Positions 40,426 through 52,874 of a DNA stretch of 64,000 nt are shown here, piece after piece (the stretch's first letter is position 1; every line of letters starts with the position of its first letter). Made by a program: the position numbers and the translations under genes. Source of the stretch: Parasitella parasitica NRRL 2501 (Eukaryota; Fungi; Mucoromycota); NCBI GenBank assembly GCA_025201805.1, contig MU619278.1, positions 161,752-225,751 of the forward strand, in the 5' to 3' direction. Under the pieces are notes generated by a model. The model was not told the DNA's origin. It was given only the letters and a program-made list of their open reading frames with translations, and searched no databases.

Positions 40426-41741
40426 TTAGTCGATTTGAACATAAAAGCTAGCATAACTAACGCTGCTATCAGAGTATCGTTTGCATTTGCTGCTTTGATC
40501 ATAATACAAACATTTTAATGTTTGATTAAGAGACTTTTTCTCTTTGCGCAATGCCTCCAATGCAGCCATGAGGACAGCAATGGGATGTCTACCACAAATT
40601 GTATTGTTGGTCCCCCTTAAATAAGACTGGAAGTCGTCAAAACTCAAGGTTTCCATGATTTTAATTCCTTGAACATCGAGATCTCGGATAGACTCATAGA
40701 TTGGCCGTTCAATTTCACCCTTGTTGTATAGTTCTAAATCAATGCGTTTTTCGTTGTGGTTAGTTGATTTAGTGTAATAAGTGTAGTTGAAGCGAGAACC
40801 CCTTGAATTATTGAAAAAAAAAAAAAAAAGTATATTAGGCCTCGAATATTAAACATGCATTCGCTTGATGTTCTGTTTACCAATGACAGAAATCTGAAGA
40901 AATGATGAAAAGATTCTGAGGATCTTGAAGATAATTGGCAAGTAGTTGACCGTAGAGTCTCTCCTTGGCAGCTGAAATGGATCCAACCAAGATAGGGACA
41001 AGTGATATATCATCAATTTTTCTACACATTAAAATATGAGTATCATTTGCTGCGTCTGCAAACAACAGATATATTACTCTTCAAAGACTTTGTATGCAAA
41101 TGGTAAATGCATTTCAATACTATGCTCTTTTTCGTCAACATCTTTACTCATCCATTCGAATTTCTCAGTATTATACAGCTCCTCAATTACTGCAGACCGT
41201 CAATTATGTGAAAACCTCAAAGTGTAAATATTGATTTACCTTCTCTATCTAACTTGATATTCCCAAATGGCGTATGATAAGTTGAACATTCGGATAACGA
41301 ACAGCCATCAATGTAGGCATGGTGAGATGGTCCTAAAAGAAAAATACGTTTTCTATTGGATAGAAGGCACTTAGCAAGTGCAGTTTTTGGCTTTCATGAA
41401 CTTACATGTCGCTAGTATCAATTGCTTTATAGGCAAAACCGGCAGTAGGGCCACTATATTTAAGGCCTGCATGTCTAGTTTTAATTAAGTTAAGTAAATT
41501 ATAAGCAAAACCCCCTCAGTAAAACAACGCTTTACGGTCCAATGATTGCCCTAACTCCTTTGATAGGAAGCTCTTGCTGCGATTTTTCTTTTGCTTTACG
41601 AAGGTAAAACTCAAGTTCCCCGTTCAAACGTGCCTCTATGTATTTATTGAAGATGAAAATTGAATGTATTCAAGTATTCTATTTGGAACATTTACCATCT
41701 GAAGTATACCAAGAGCCTGCGTGTGTTGCGCTTCTTTCCAT
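40426..41741 (-). CDS. MEMO1: MEMO1/Mho1 family protein, multi-exon
   Basis: RSATHAGSWY, LGPSHH, DEKEHSIEMHLP, ISSDFCHW, NTICGRHPI, DSSVSYAS. Confidence 0.94.
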
Positions 41742-42154
41742 TTCACAAATATGGGTGAAAGTAACAACTAAAAACGTTGCTCTTTTATAATGGACGCATG
41801 AAAAACGTCACCCCAAATCATATGATAGGTATTACATGCAACAAATGCACTGGACGCAACGAGGATAAATTGTCGGTGCTTGAGTGTCTTTGGATAAATG
41901 TACAACTTGATTTTATCATAATATAGAATTACAAAAAATTCAAAGCTTCACTAGCTTGCACAATTGTAAGTCTGGCTCTTGCATTAACTAAATGCATATT
42001 CGCAATGCTAATTCACACAAAAAACTTCTTAGTGTTGAGTTGATTGCCGCACTGAGAGCTTCATCTTGGATAAATATGGAAACGTGTGAAGTGAGGCTTC
42101 CCGAGGCAAAAGTTTATAATATGTCACCATTATTAAGCAATAATGATGTTATAT

Positions 42155-42425
42155 TATACAAGAATACAGCAAAATAAACACAATATACGGGTAATATAGT
42201 TTACAAATGCTTTGTTTTTTTTCAATTCCCACTGAAGTTTTCGGATTTTTGAGAAGTCGGCGTGAAATCATGCGTATACCATCTTTAAAAAATATGTGCG
42301 TCTGCCATGTATTTTGATTTGAAATATAAGCTCTTTCAACAAAGTAAATCATAATAGCTTGAATATTTCGAAATTGAATATGGTCTAACAAAGAAAAAGG
42401 CGGTTAATTAAGCTGTAGACTCTGT
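42155..42425 (+). repeat. Dispersed degenerate repeat, copy 2 (partner at 8745-9100)
   Basis: Same ordered blocks as 8745-9100, with internal deletions. Confidence 0.8.
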
Positions 42426-43008
42426 TATTTTTACTAGTGTGTTCATCTTCATTCATCTTCATGCTACATGTTGGCACTGCTACTAATGCTAAAGCAAGCT
42501 TGCCAATTTTAGCCGTAAATTCAAATTGAAATAGCAAAGGGGTAGTACATACTAAATTTAACAAGATAAAAATAAAGACAAGTATATAGTAAGTCTACAT
42601 GTATTTATGAGAAACCAGAACCATTATTAAAACTTCAGGCGAACGTATATTATATCATGCTAAAAACATGCTGAAGCGATGCTCCTTCTTTGGAAGTTGC
42701 CTATTATATATCTGTTATAACGCAGCAAATTCAAACATAATTTCAATGATAAGCTATTATATATATGATAGTGTAGGCTTTTATTGTTAAAAATCATTGC
42801 AAAGTAGCATGAAGCATATGAGATGCAGATCTTCCAATACAGTTTGAAATCTTGAGAAGCCATTGTATTTTAACTGCAGGCTGAAACGCTAACTGTCCGT
42901 CATGAAAGAATTTTAAAGAGTGTCAAAATTTACATTTTGCCATGCGCATTTGCATCGTTTTTATTGAATAATGAAATGACACGCCTTTTTTGATACGATT
43001 TGATATAT

Positions 43009-43811
43009 TTAATGGAAATCAGCAGCTTTGCCAGTCTACAATATCAACAAAAACAAATAAGTAACTGTTTCGCTTACACTATGTACATTAACAAAAGAAA
43101 ATACTTACAGTCAATAGACCGACAATAAGGCCAAAAAGGCCAAGTACAGAACCGAAAATTTCTACAACCAAAACCTTGACAAAAAGCTCAGGGTTTTGAG
43201 CGTCTGCCAAGGCAGCACTTGATCCAGTTACGCCAACTGAAAGACCACATAACAAATTACAAACACCAACAGTTAAACCACCCCAAAAAATAGCATGACC
43301 TATCATACGCTATTAAGAAATTGAATCATCCTTCAATTTGTTGACTTTACCGGTAAAGAGGTTGGAACTAGAAAAGATGTTTTCGGGAGGGACATCAGTC
43401 AATTTAGCAGAGTAAACAATAGCCATGATGACACCGTAAATAGCTACAACTTCGCAAAAAATGATAGAAATCAAGTTTCTGGATTGAATACGAGGTGTTT
43501 TGACGGCACCACCTAATAATGCAGAACCTGTAATGAAAATACCCCTTTTTTGGAGAGACTTTTGTTAGTTTTGATGGTGGAAAAAGTCGCGTTTCGTTAA
43601 GCAGTTACCAGGCAGCACCTGTGACGGAAAGGCCAATACAGAGGCCCATACCAGTTAAAGCCCAAGCAAAAGGGGAGGTTTCTTGAAGTAATTTTCCAAT
43701 GCTGAACTGCTCACCAGAGCCGGTAAAAAGCATGTACAATCCAACAATAGTCAAAAGAGAAAGGGTGAGACCGCTCCAATAACTGTAAGGTCCTAAACTA
43801 TAGCCTGCCAT
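43009..43811 (-). CDS. VMA16: V-ATPase V0 proteolipid subunit c''
   Basis: [64 protein letters not shown]; three introns. Confidence 0.95.
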
Positions 43812-44523
43812 TTTCCTATCTATCTTTTTCTTCTCTTGTTGATTTTGGGTATGTTTAGAAAAAGAAAAGAAAAGATATTTCAAGTGTCTCACCAAAAAGT
43901 TTTGAAACGGATGAGGAACCTCAAAAAATCATCGCGCTATGATACACAGTTGGAGAAGCGAGCAATGCCGGTTGTTGATTTGATGACGTACGTTTGCGCT
44001 TGTTTGCTTCAGTTTCGACAGATCCAACCGAGAAAACGAAAGCTGACACATACGGTTCTGTTACAATGTATCATTTGATTTATTGATGAGGTGTATTGAG
44101 ACGTAAGTGGATGCCTTGAACTGTCGCAGATTCGATTGCTTAAACTGTTTAGCATTGAAGACGCTTCAGGTGTACTAACATGATTCTGGCACAATGGTGA
44201 ACACTACAACTGAAATCGTATTAACAGCAAGAAATAATGGAAAAAGAAACACACTGCCGAACGTCATCCAAGACCTTGATTTTTTCTCCAAACAAAATCA
44301 TACTGTCATTTAAATAAGTAAAAAGTTGTGAATTATACAACCGGAAGTACTTGCTAAGCAATTTACATTCCTCAAAGTTTGGTGATAACAGGTTAGGCGG
44401 ATATTCAACTGACCACCACAAGACGAGGTAAACCGTATAAAAACGGGTGCTTTTACTGCTTCTCTTTTCTTTTTGTTTTTGTGTTTTTGTTTTTTTGTTT
44501 TCCTCTCTGGCTAATTATAAAAC

Positions 44524-46342
44524 ATGGAGCAGCAGAGTGAGATCCGCCGCAATGCTTACAAGGAGCGTGGGCGCTTTAATCAGGACGAAGTAAGACGCCG
44601 ACGTGAGAATGCCCAAGTTGAAATTAGAAAGCAAAAGAAGGAGGAAAATCTGGCCAAGAGAAGAAACTTTAACGCGCAAGAAATAGCACCGGATTCTGAT
44701 GATGAAGCTGATGTTGCCAATCAAAATGCTCAGGTAAGAGAGAGTGAGGGAAGAGGGAATTGTGTATGCGTGTGTGCGGTGTGCTATAGATAAGCCTGGA
44801 CTAGATGTTGATATGGACGTTTAGCTCATGCTTGCATTACCCGGTATGATTGAAAATCTGTATTCTATGGATCCCGCCATTCAATTGCAAGCAACTGCTC
44901 AATTTCGAAAGCTTTTGTCAAAGGAAAAGGACCCTCCCATCAGAGAGGTTATTCAATGTGGGGTTGTTTCTCGCTTTGTTGAATTTCTTCGATCTGAAGA
45001 CAGTCAAGTTCAAGTAAGGCTATTTCATTTTCAAGTTTTGTTAAGAAAGGGTTTAAAAAGGATTCGCAACATAGTTTGAAGCTGCCTGGGCCTTGACCAA
45101 TATTGCATCTGGTTCGTCTGATCAGACCAATACTGTAATCACAGCAGGTGCTGTTCCTTTATTTATCGACTTATTGTCCAGTCCAATTGTTGATGTCAGG
45201 GAACAGGTATGTATAGGGATATCATTATGGTGCTTTTTTAAAAAAAAGTTAATTGCTGTTTTTAGGCTGTTTGGGCTCTAGGTAATATTGCAGGTGATAG
45301 CTGCAGATGTCGAGATTATGTCTTGGAAACCGGCGCTCTGCCTCCTCTATTAGCTATATTCGAAGACAACTCCAAACTAACAATGATTCGCAACGCAACT
45401 TGGACCTTATCCAATTTTTGTAGAGGTAAACAACCCCAGCCAGCGTGGCCGTTGATTGCACCTGCATTGAATGTGTTGGCCAAGCTGATCAACTCTACCG
45501 ACGAAGAAGTCCTTATCGATACATGCTGGGCCATCTCTTATTTGTCTGATGGATCAAATCAGCGAATTCAAGCGGTGATCGATTCCGGTTTATGTATTCG
45601 TCTTGTGGAATTATTGGGACATCCAGCTTCTTCAGTTCAAACACCTGCACTGCGATCTGTTGGCAATATCGTGACAGGAGACGATAACCAGACACAGATG
45701 ATCATCAATTGTGGAGTACTAGAGGCTCTATATCATTTATTGAATAGTTCCAAAGAAACAATCAAGAAAGAGACCTGTTGGACATTATCCAACATTACAG
45801 CCGGCAACACGGATCAAATTCAAGCCGTTATTGACGCAGGATTGATCGAGCGCTTAGTTTTAGTATTAAAAAATGGGGATATAAAATCAAAGAAAGAAGC
45901 GTGTTGGGCTATCTGCAACGCAACATCAGGCGGACTAAATAGGCCCGAACAAATCAAGCATTTAGTTGACAAGGGATGCATTAAACCACTCTGCGATATG
46001 TTGCAGGCATTGGATAACAAGATTACTTTGGTGGCATTAGACGGCTTGGACAATATTTTGAAGGTTGGCGATATGGTGAAAATGGACAGTGAGGTGAATC
46101 CTTACTCTCTGTTGATCGAAGACTGCGGTGGGCTCGACTACATTAACTCTTTGCAGGAGCACAGCAATCATGATATTTACAAGAAGTCATACCAGCTGAT
46201 TGACAAGTTCTTTAATGAGGAAGAGCAAGTGTCCAATGCTATATACGGGTCTTTGGCGGAACAGGATGCTGAAATGGAGCCTGATGCTGATATGAACCAA
46301 TTTGTGTTTCACCAAAATGATGTAGGTGGTTTTAATTTTTAG
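44524..46342 (+). CDS. SRP1: Importin alpha (karyopherin alpha)
   Basis: IBB domain [25 protein letters not shown]; ARM repeats [35 protein letters not shown]. Confidence 0.97.
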
Positions 46343-46412
46343 TTGCAATAATAAAATATTTTTTTTTCCCTTTTCCTCCCCTTTTTCTCTCTCTTTCTCT
46401 ACATCATAAAAG

Positions 46413-48060
46413 ATGTCTTTATTGTTAACAAAGACATGTGAATATGCTCTGCTTATAACGATACAGCAAGGTTTTTTTTTTGTTTATTTTTTTATTTCAT
46501 TGCAACCACAATACATACGGGTTATTCATTTTCTATTTTATATTTCCCTGAATAGGAAGATGTTTTGCAAAAAATGCAACAATAAGAGTGGAAACTGAAT
46601 TAGACCTTAAATTGCCAGCCTCAATCAGTGATCTAATACCAAACAAGACCATTATATCAACGCCTACGACAATGTCTGATTCAACTGGAAGCTGCGCATT
46701 CAATCTATCGCTCGTCTACTATGTGTCATGGAAGCAGCTGCAGAGATTAAGAAAACTAGATGCAACCACCACCTTGCATGTGCACGAAAACGATACATTG
46801 TTCGATCTTGTGTTTACAATGTCTGAAGCGAAAGAAGTAGTGCATCAGTCAGGACACAAGCTGGACCAGATTTACAAATTTGTATCGGATAAGGGCGCGT
46901 GGCGTTCGATACAGAGCGCAACAGAGAATCAGCAGTTAAAGGCTGGGTTATTTTATGTGCAAATGCCAGATACCAACAATGCAATTTCAGCGAATACGCC
47001 GTCTATACAATTAAGATCTCCACCTCCTACTCCTAGTATACCAAAAAGAGTTACTAGCATGAGCAACAGCAGAAGAAAAAAAGTGCTATCGATACTGGGC
47101 TCATCTGTTAGCAGCACAAAATCATCAGACAGGAAAATTTTAGACAAGAAAATAACAGAAAAGAAACTGCCAGAAAAGAAATTAGCACCATCCCTTCCAG
47201 AAAAACCGCCCTTAAGAAGGACAAAATCGTCTCTTGCAGATATGAATATTGAAGAAATATCCAATGTTCTTCAAAATATGAGCATATTCACTGCTCCAAT
47301 CACCCCGCCAATACCGCCTGAACATGCGTCCTATCATCAAATCGGTAAAGGATCATCGCAGTATACATTTTATTTTAAAGTCATGTATGTAGATCATATC
47401 CTGTTGCAGCAACAACAAACGAAAAAGCAATACAAAAAACCCTTCATCACCTACAAGTTCCTAACAAACTACACACTACTGCCAGCTGCCTCATTTTCAT
47501 CGTCCAGATCTAGCCAACAGGCGGTAAAAGCGTCGTATCAATTGAGAGGACATTTAGTAGATATACAGCGCTGGCTGGATGGACACGAGTCAATTTGCTT
47601 GAATTACATGTGGATGGATAAATTCACAAAAGAAACTGTGGGCCAGGTTAAGGTACCATTGGAAGGCATTGCGTTTGATGGTAGAGGCGTGTCGGATAAA
47701 GTGTGTCATGTGGAAAAGCCTTATTGCGAAACCGACGACAACATCATAGCCAGTGTCACTGTACGCATTGGATTAGTGAGCGGCTGGCACAGCGACGACT
47801 ATTTTGACCAGCAACAAGAACAAGCTAGCAAAAGAGCCTCATCCTCGTCGACTTGGGATGCAGTGATGATGACCAGCAATAAAAAATTTAGACATCATTC
47901 GCAATCATCCATTCCTACATTATCAACCACCACATGTTCAACCAAGTCATCCACTGTACCATCAATCCATTATATTCAACAATCAAGACCCACATCTCTA
48001 AATAGTACCAAATCCAAGTCCTTTTCGTTAAAAAAGGATCAGTTTAACAATAAAGCTTAA
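46413..48060 (+). CDS. CEP120-like tandem C2-domain (DUF3668-type) protein; intron 46471-46555
   Basis: Exon 1 joins in frame (YALLITIQQGRCF); second domain YHQIG..FITYKFLTN..KASYQLRG..VGQVKVPLEGI parallels the recalled CEP120 C2B sequence. Confidence 0.65.
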
Positions 48061-48201
48061 TATTTAATTTGTTCAAGAATCTTTCAGTAAGCTACTGTAA
48101 TTCTCATCTTATCTTTTGTTGAATCTAGAAAAAGCTAGCCATGGCAATGCACGCTACGTTACTACCGATGATGATGATGATAGCTGCCACCGTTACTATT
48201 G

Positions 48202-49497
48202 CTATGACTGCTGGTCGTACTCGTATTGCTTCCATGTCGATGATGGTGTATAACTATTGGTCGATCGCAATATATCTTCTGCTTGTGAAACAATGTCTTC
48301 TAGCGAGGTAGTTAATCGGGATAAAATTTGACATTGCTCAAGCGGCACTCTACGTCTCAGTCTTTCTAATCGTGTCATTGCGTTATCAAACTCATTCAAG
48401 TCGCTGTAGGGATTATTCATTGTCGCTGCTGATTTGCCTGTGGGTCCTACAGCTGTAATTGGGGGTAAATTGATTAGTTTTTGATTTATAGGGTCTGATG
48501 TTGGCGATGGCTGCGAGATTAATGGTTGGGGCGACGATAAAGATCTATAGTCGGACAGTGGATCAAATCGATTGAGAGGCAACGAGCGACTTGCATCAGA
48601 AATCGATGATAGGTTCCTAGTTGATGCCGTTGAAAACAGAGTAGGTGGAGTTCTTGGAGGAGGAGGTAATCTAGGCTGTGGCGGTAGAGAAGAAGGTTTC
48701 AAATTCTGTACTGGTGCTCGATAGGGCGCTCTTTTGGGCACTATGTAGTCTTCTATTGGAGGTACAGCAACATTGCTGTTAGACTCGCGTCTTTTGTTGG
48801 GCACTGTGTTGTTCACAACCCTTCTCTTCTTCTTTCCTTTTTTTTCCGCTGCCTGCTTGACCTTTTCCTCATCGTCACTATCCAAATGGTCCCCCTCTGA
48901 GGAAGACTCCAATTCATCTTGTTCATTTCCTTCTTCATGGGGATCATCCTCGTCGTTGACAATAATTCGTTTACGGCGTTTAATCACACTGCGTTTCATA
49001 CTGACAGGTCGATGCACATTATGCAATTTGTAATACAGACCGCAAGCATTACAGATTGTGTTTCCTTCTTCATCTCTTCTCCAGAGTGGGGTAGTTGTGG
49101 TGCGGCAGTTAGCACAGATCAGGGCATGTCTATTTACTTGGTGTTGATTAAATGCAGGACAGCCTTCGCATGAAGGAGAACCTCCAGTACCATTACATTG
49201 ACCACCGCCTGGACAAGTGCCAGCAAGTGCGTCGGCAGCGTTGATCGTATTGTGTGTCATAGTTTCTTGTAGTTGTTCTTGTTTACTCTTGAAATTGCGC
49301 TTCATAGAGGGTGGTCGAAGTGTATTTCTAGCTTTTAGATAAAGTCCACAAGCATTGCAAATGGTCTCTCCGTTAGGTGCTCTTCTCCATAGAGGCGTGG
49401 TTGTCGTGCCACAATTTGAACACACTGTTGCGGAAACTTGTTGAGATTCCTTCTTCTTTTGCTTGGTATCTTGTAAAGGGTTCTCAGGTATAGCCAT
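48202..49497 (-). CDS. sreA: Iron-responsive GATA transcription factor (SreA/Urbs1/Fep1 type)
   Basis: Two CX2CX17CX2C GATA fingers separated by the Cys-rich [22 protein letters not shown] segment; C-terminal coiled coil. Confidence 0.92.
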   Translation of the reverse strand: MAIPENPLQDTKQKKKESQQVSATVCSNCGTTTTPLWRRAPNGETICNACGLYLKARNTLRPPSMKRNFKSKQEQLQETMTHNTINAADALAGTCPGGGQCNGTGGSPSCEGCPAFNQHQVNRHALICANCRTTTTPLWRRDEEGNTICNACGLYYKLHNVHRPVSMKRSVIKRRKRIIVNDEDDPHEEGNEQDELESSSEGDHLDSDDEEKVKQAAEKKGKKKRRVVNNTVPNKRRESNSNVAVPPIEDYIVPKRAPYRAPVQNLKPSSLPPQPRLPPPPRTPPTLFSTASTRNLSSISDASRSLPLNRFDPLSDYRSLSSPQPLISQPSPTSDPINQKLINLPPITAVGPTGKSAATMNNPYSDLNEFDNAMTRLERLRRRVPLEQCQILSRLTTSLEDIVSQAEDILRSTNSYTPSSTWKQYEYDQQS

Positions 49498-50744
49498 TAG
49501 CTTTAATTTATTAAAAAGCTGATATAAAATTTGGAAGAAGGGGTGAGAAAAGAAGGAAAATTGGGTTATATGGAAAATAGAACCAAAATTTTTTGAACGA
49601 AATGTGATTGTATAAAATGTAATATTAATCTATTTCAACTGAGCTGAATGTTTGGATTCCATTACTTGTCGCCTTGATTCAATCTTTTCTCGAAGGTTTC
49701 AACTGGCGTATTATATTCAGTCTTGCTGCCTTATACCATAATCGTTTTTGATAGTGCATCTCATTGTTTTTTTGCACATTATATTATATATTATCATCAA
49801 GACGAAATATTCATTTTTTTATATATGTATATTATATGGTGGTACAAGAATATTCAAATTTCGGGTAAACGAATCATTTCCACCAAACAAAATTCCTTCT
49901 GAAATAGCTTGTATGAAGCTACATTTTACACAATAATCTCTCAGCGTTCGGGGAGACAAGGAGAATCCAAAATATTAAATCATGCAACTGGCGGTCAAAT
50001 GTTCAGAGTTTGAAACCCTCTTCGGTCGACAAATGCTTGTAGATATGTTTCATTTATATACAACATTGGACGAGATTTGTACGATTACCAAAAGAAAAGT
50101 GTCTTACAAGCGTGGTTTCAAGAATTATGCATTGCTGATGCGTAAGAAGAAGGTTATTAAATAAAATACACTTATGATCATATTACTACTACAAGCGATT
50201 TATCAGAATGAAATGCCCATTGGCATTGATGTCAACATGTCCCCAAATGGATCCAACTTGAAATTCAGAAGTTACAAACACAGAAAAATTTCATGAAACG
50301 CATTTATCCAAGCGCTTGATTCAGTAAGTTTACTAGCAAAGTGCCTTCTTAATTGCACATTTTTTAATAACGGGTAAAGCGCAATATGGATTCTGGAGAG
50401 CTGATATGAAAGTGGGCAGCTAGAATTCGGGAAATACTCTTACAACATCCTTCAACCAAGATATTGCGATGACTTTTGCCTTTTTTTTTTTTTTTTTTTT
50501 TTTAGTGTTCTAAAAGGTAAATGCACTTTTCTTACCATCACTAGGACTCACTTTTAGAAAGTCGATGTGAAGATCGTGCTTGTGATTCTCTAACCTTGTG
50601 CCTGTTTCAAAGCAAAGACTACAAATGCGGCAATGAAAATGATGTGTACGCCATGGCGGATCGAAAAGCACCTCAAGCGATTAGGTACTTTAGGGAAAGT
50701 TGCATTGGGATAGTTTATTACAACATTGGAATTCAAGCATCTAT

Positions 50745-51848
50745 CTAAATGTCGTCATCTTCACCATCATTATCATCATCGTCAGATCCGCCATCTTTGG
50801 AAACACCAGTTCTTCTAATAAGAGCAAAATATAACGGACCCCAAGTGGTTTTATCAGGTAGACATAGCCAGCCGTACTTTGTCTTTTCCCCCACAGGCAG
50901 CTTCAACTTGACAGGCTCAATAGGAATTTTGCCTTTGTTTATCATGCGCTCCACGACCTTGTCATTCTCCAGCGAGCTGATGGAACATGTTGCATATAAA
51001 ACCAAACCTCCCACACGAACTGAATGAACGGCGGCTTTCAAGATCGATAGCTGTCTTTTAGCGTTCACTTGAGAACGTTTGGGAGACCAAAGTTCCAGCT
51101 CCTTTTCGTCATGTAGCAAATGTCTTTCTGAAGAGCAAGGTGCATCCAAGAGGACTTTGTCGTACTGCTCGGGTTCGCCGTAATAGCGGGTACCATCCTT
51201 ACCGACAACCGTGCTCACTTCTTGCGCTACATCTGGCGGTAGATACGATTCAATTACTTGTCGTAGCCTTCTTCTGCGATCAGAAGCAATCTCGTTCGAT
51301 GTTAAACGCCCATATTTTTTGTCTAAACGCTGCAGGACTGACAGAGTCTTGCCGCCGGGGGCAGCACAGATATCGAGAACTTGTTCATCGGGCTGAATAT
51401 CTAATGCCTCAGTAGCAAGCACGGATGCAGCATCCAATATGTAATAATCAGTGACATTGCTGTTTTCCTTGCTGGGCTGAGGGAATCGCGACATTGTCTT
51501 GGATGCATAGCATGGTATCGACACAAAATCAAGCATTGTAAGATCAGGCAATATATCCTTGAGTTTGGTTTTGACATCTTGGACATTGGCGTATTTGTTT
51601 ATCATCATACAGTGACGCACAGGTTTCTTTAGCGCCTCCAAGAGCACTGGCCAGCGTTCAGGGCCCCACTCTTCTTCGTAATATTTGTTGAATGCTGCCA
51701 TTACTGCGTTACGACGCTCGGTCTCACGTTGGAGTGCCTTTTCCTTCTTTTTTGACATTGTCGGTTTCTTTTTATCGCTGAAATTCTTCTTATTGCCCTT
51801 CTGGCCGACCTTTTCCTTGTCTACTTGGGGTGCCTCACTGTCTACCAT
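50745..51848 (-). CDS. RNA m5C methyltransferase, NOL1/NOP2/Sun family (NSUN3/NSUN4-like)
   Basis: YYILDAAS, LDICAAPGGK, VLLDAPCSSERH, YATCS..EN, WGPLYFA. Confidence 0.88.
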   Translation of the reverse strand: MVDSEAPQVDKEKVGQKGNKKNFSDKKKPTMSKKKEKALQRETERRNAVMAAFNKYYEEEWGPERWPVLLEALKKPVRHCMMINKYANVQDVKTKLKDILPDLTMLDFVSIPCYASKTMSRFPQPSKENSNVTDYYILDAASVLATEALDIQPDEQVLDICAAPGGKTLSVLQRLDKKYGRLTSNEIASDRRRRLRQVIESYLPPDVAQEVSTVVGKDGTRYYGEPEQYDKVLLDAPCSSERHLLHDEKELELWSPKRSQVNAKRQLSILKAAVHSVRVGGLVLYATCSISSLENDKVVERMINKGKIPIEPVKLKLPVGEKTKYGWLCLPDKTTWGPLYFALIRRTGVSKDGGSDDDDNDGEDDDI

Positions 51849-52874
51849 AATTACTGTATAAACTTTGGCTACTCCAAATGTTGCTCAACTTTGAAATGTG
51901 AAAAAACTGCCATCTCAGGCAGTCACTGTGGCTGGCTGGCTGGCTGGATGGATGTCCATGAGGCACCTATCTACCATGCTGCTAGTCTGTCATAAAGAAT
52001 TTGAATCAAAAGCTAGCTTCTTGGTTCAACTCTAGTCCACACGTAGTCCTCTTTACACTGAATAAGAAGCCTGTAAAGTGCATGATTTGATCTTGATAAA
52101 AGATGTGGGGGTGTCATCCCTGGTCTCCTTTTGTGACATGTCAGATCTGAGCACTTGCTCGTGGTTGAAGAGACTTTCATCAAAGACAAGAACAAAGAAG
52201 CCGCAACTCGTCGAAGGCGCAAATAGAAAACTAATGTCTTTTATTTGCAATATGTACAGAGCATAACTTGCGAATGGCTTACCTAATTATTTTTTCAAGC
52301 AGCTTATCGCTGACTAATGCATGACAAATTAGAATATTCAGCCTGTTTTGTCTTCAACAACAAAGGATACAGAGAGTCTATTATGCCATGTATACCACAT
52401 TCTGAATTTTATTCTAGTAAATAATGCCTGTCCCCTCCCACATGGCCTCAGGAAAGGTCTTTATGCGCAATTGTAATACGTATACTGATATTCCGTTCAA
52501 TACATGCAGAAAGTGACACACTGTGAAGTCAATTGTGTAACACCATACTGTACATTTTATACGTTGAGCGGGAATGTTCTTTGGTTACGAGACGACACAT
52601 CTTGATAAAGATATTCAAAGATTTTCTATGAACGGCCCCAACGTCGATCTGTCGTCATGGCAAATTCGTGTAACTATCGTATTGCGATGGCTGTGGACGA
52701 AAACGGCCTTATCAGGAATCCAAGTACCACCACATCTTGAATATACACAGACGTAATACTTCCAAAGAGAAACATAATAAATACGCGGCGTCGCAATGTT
52801 ATTTATTTTTAACAATTCAAGAAAGCCTCAAATTCTCATTTCTCTCTTCTTACTTCCATTTCCAATAAGAAATA

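Noticed and set aside
40095-40451. Leu-rich ORF on the + strand
   Set aside because: Antisense shadow of the LST8 poly-Q repeat
49950-50450. Possible decayed gene upstream of sreA (also 52000-52270)
   Set aside because: Fragmentary frames with no family I can name
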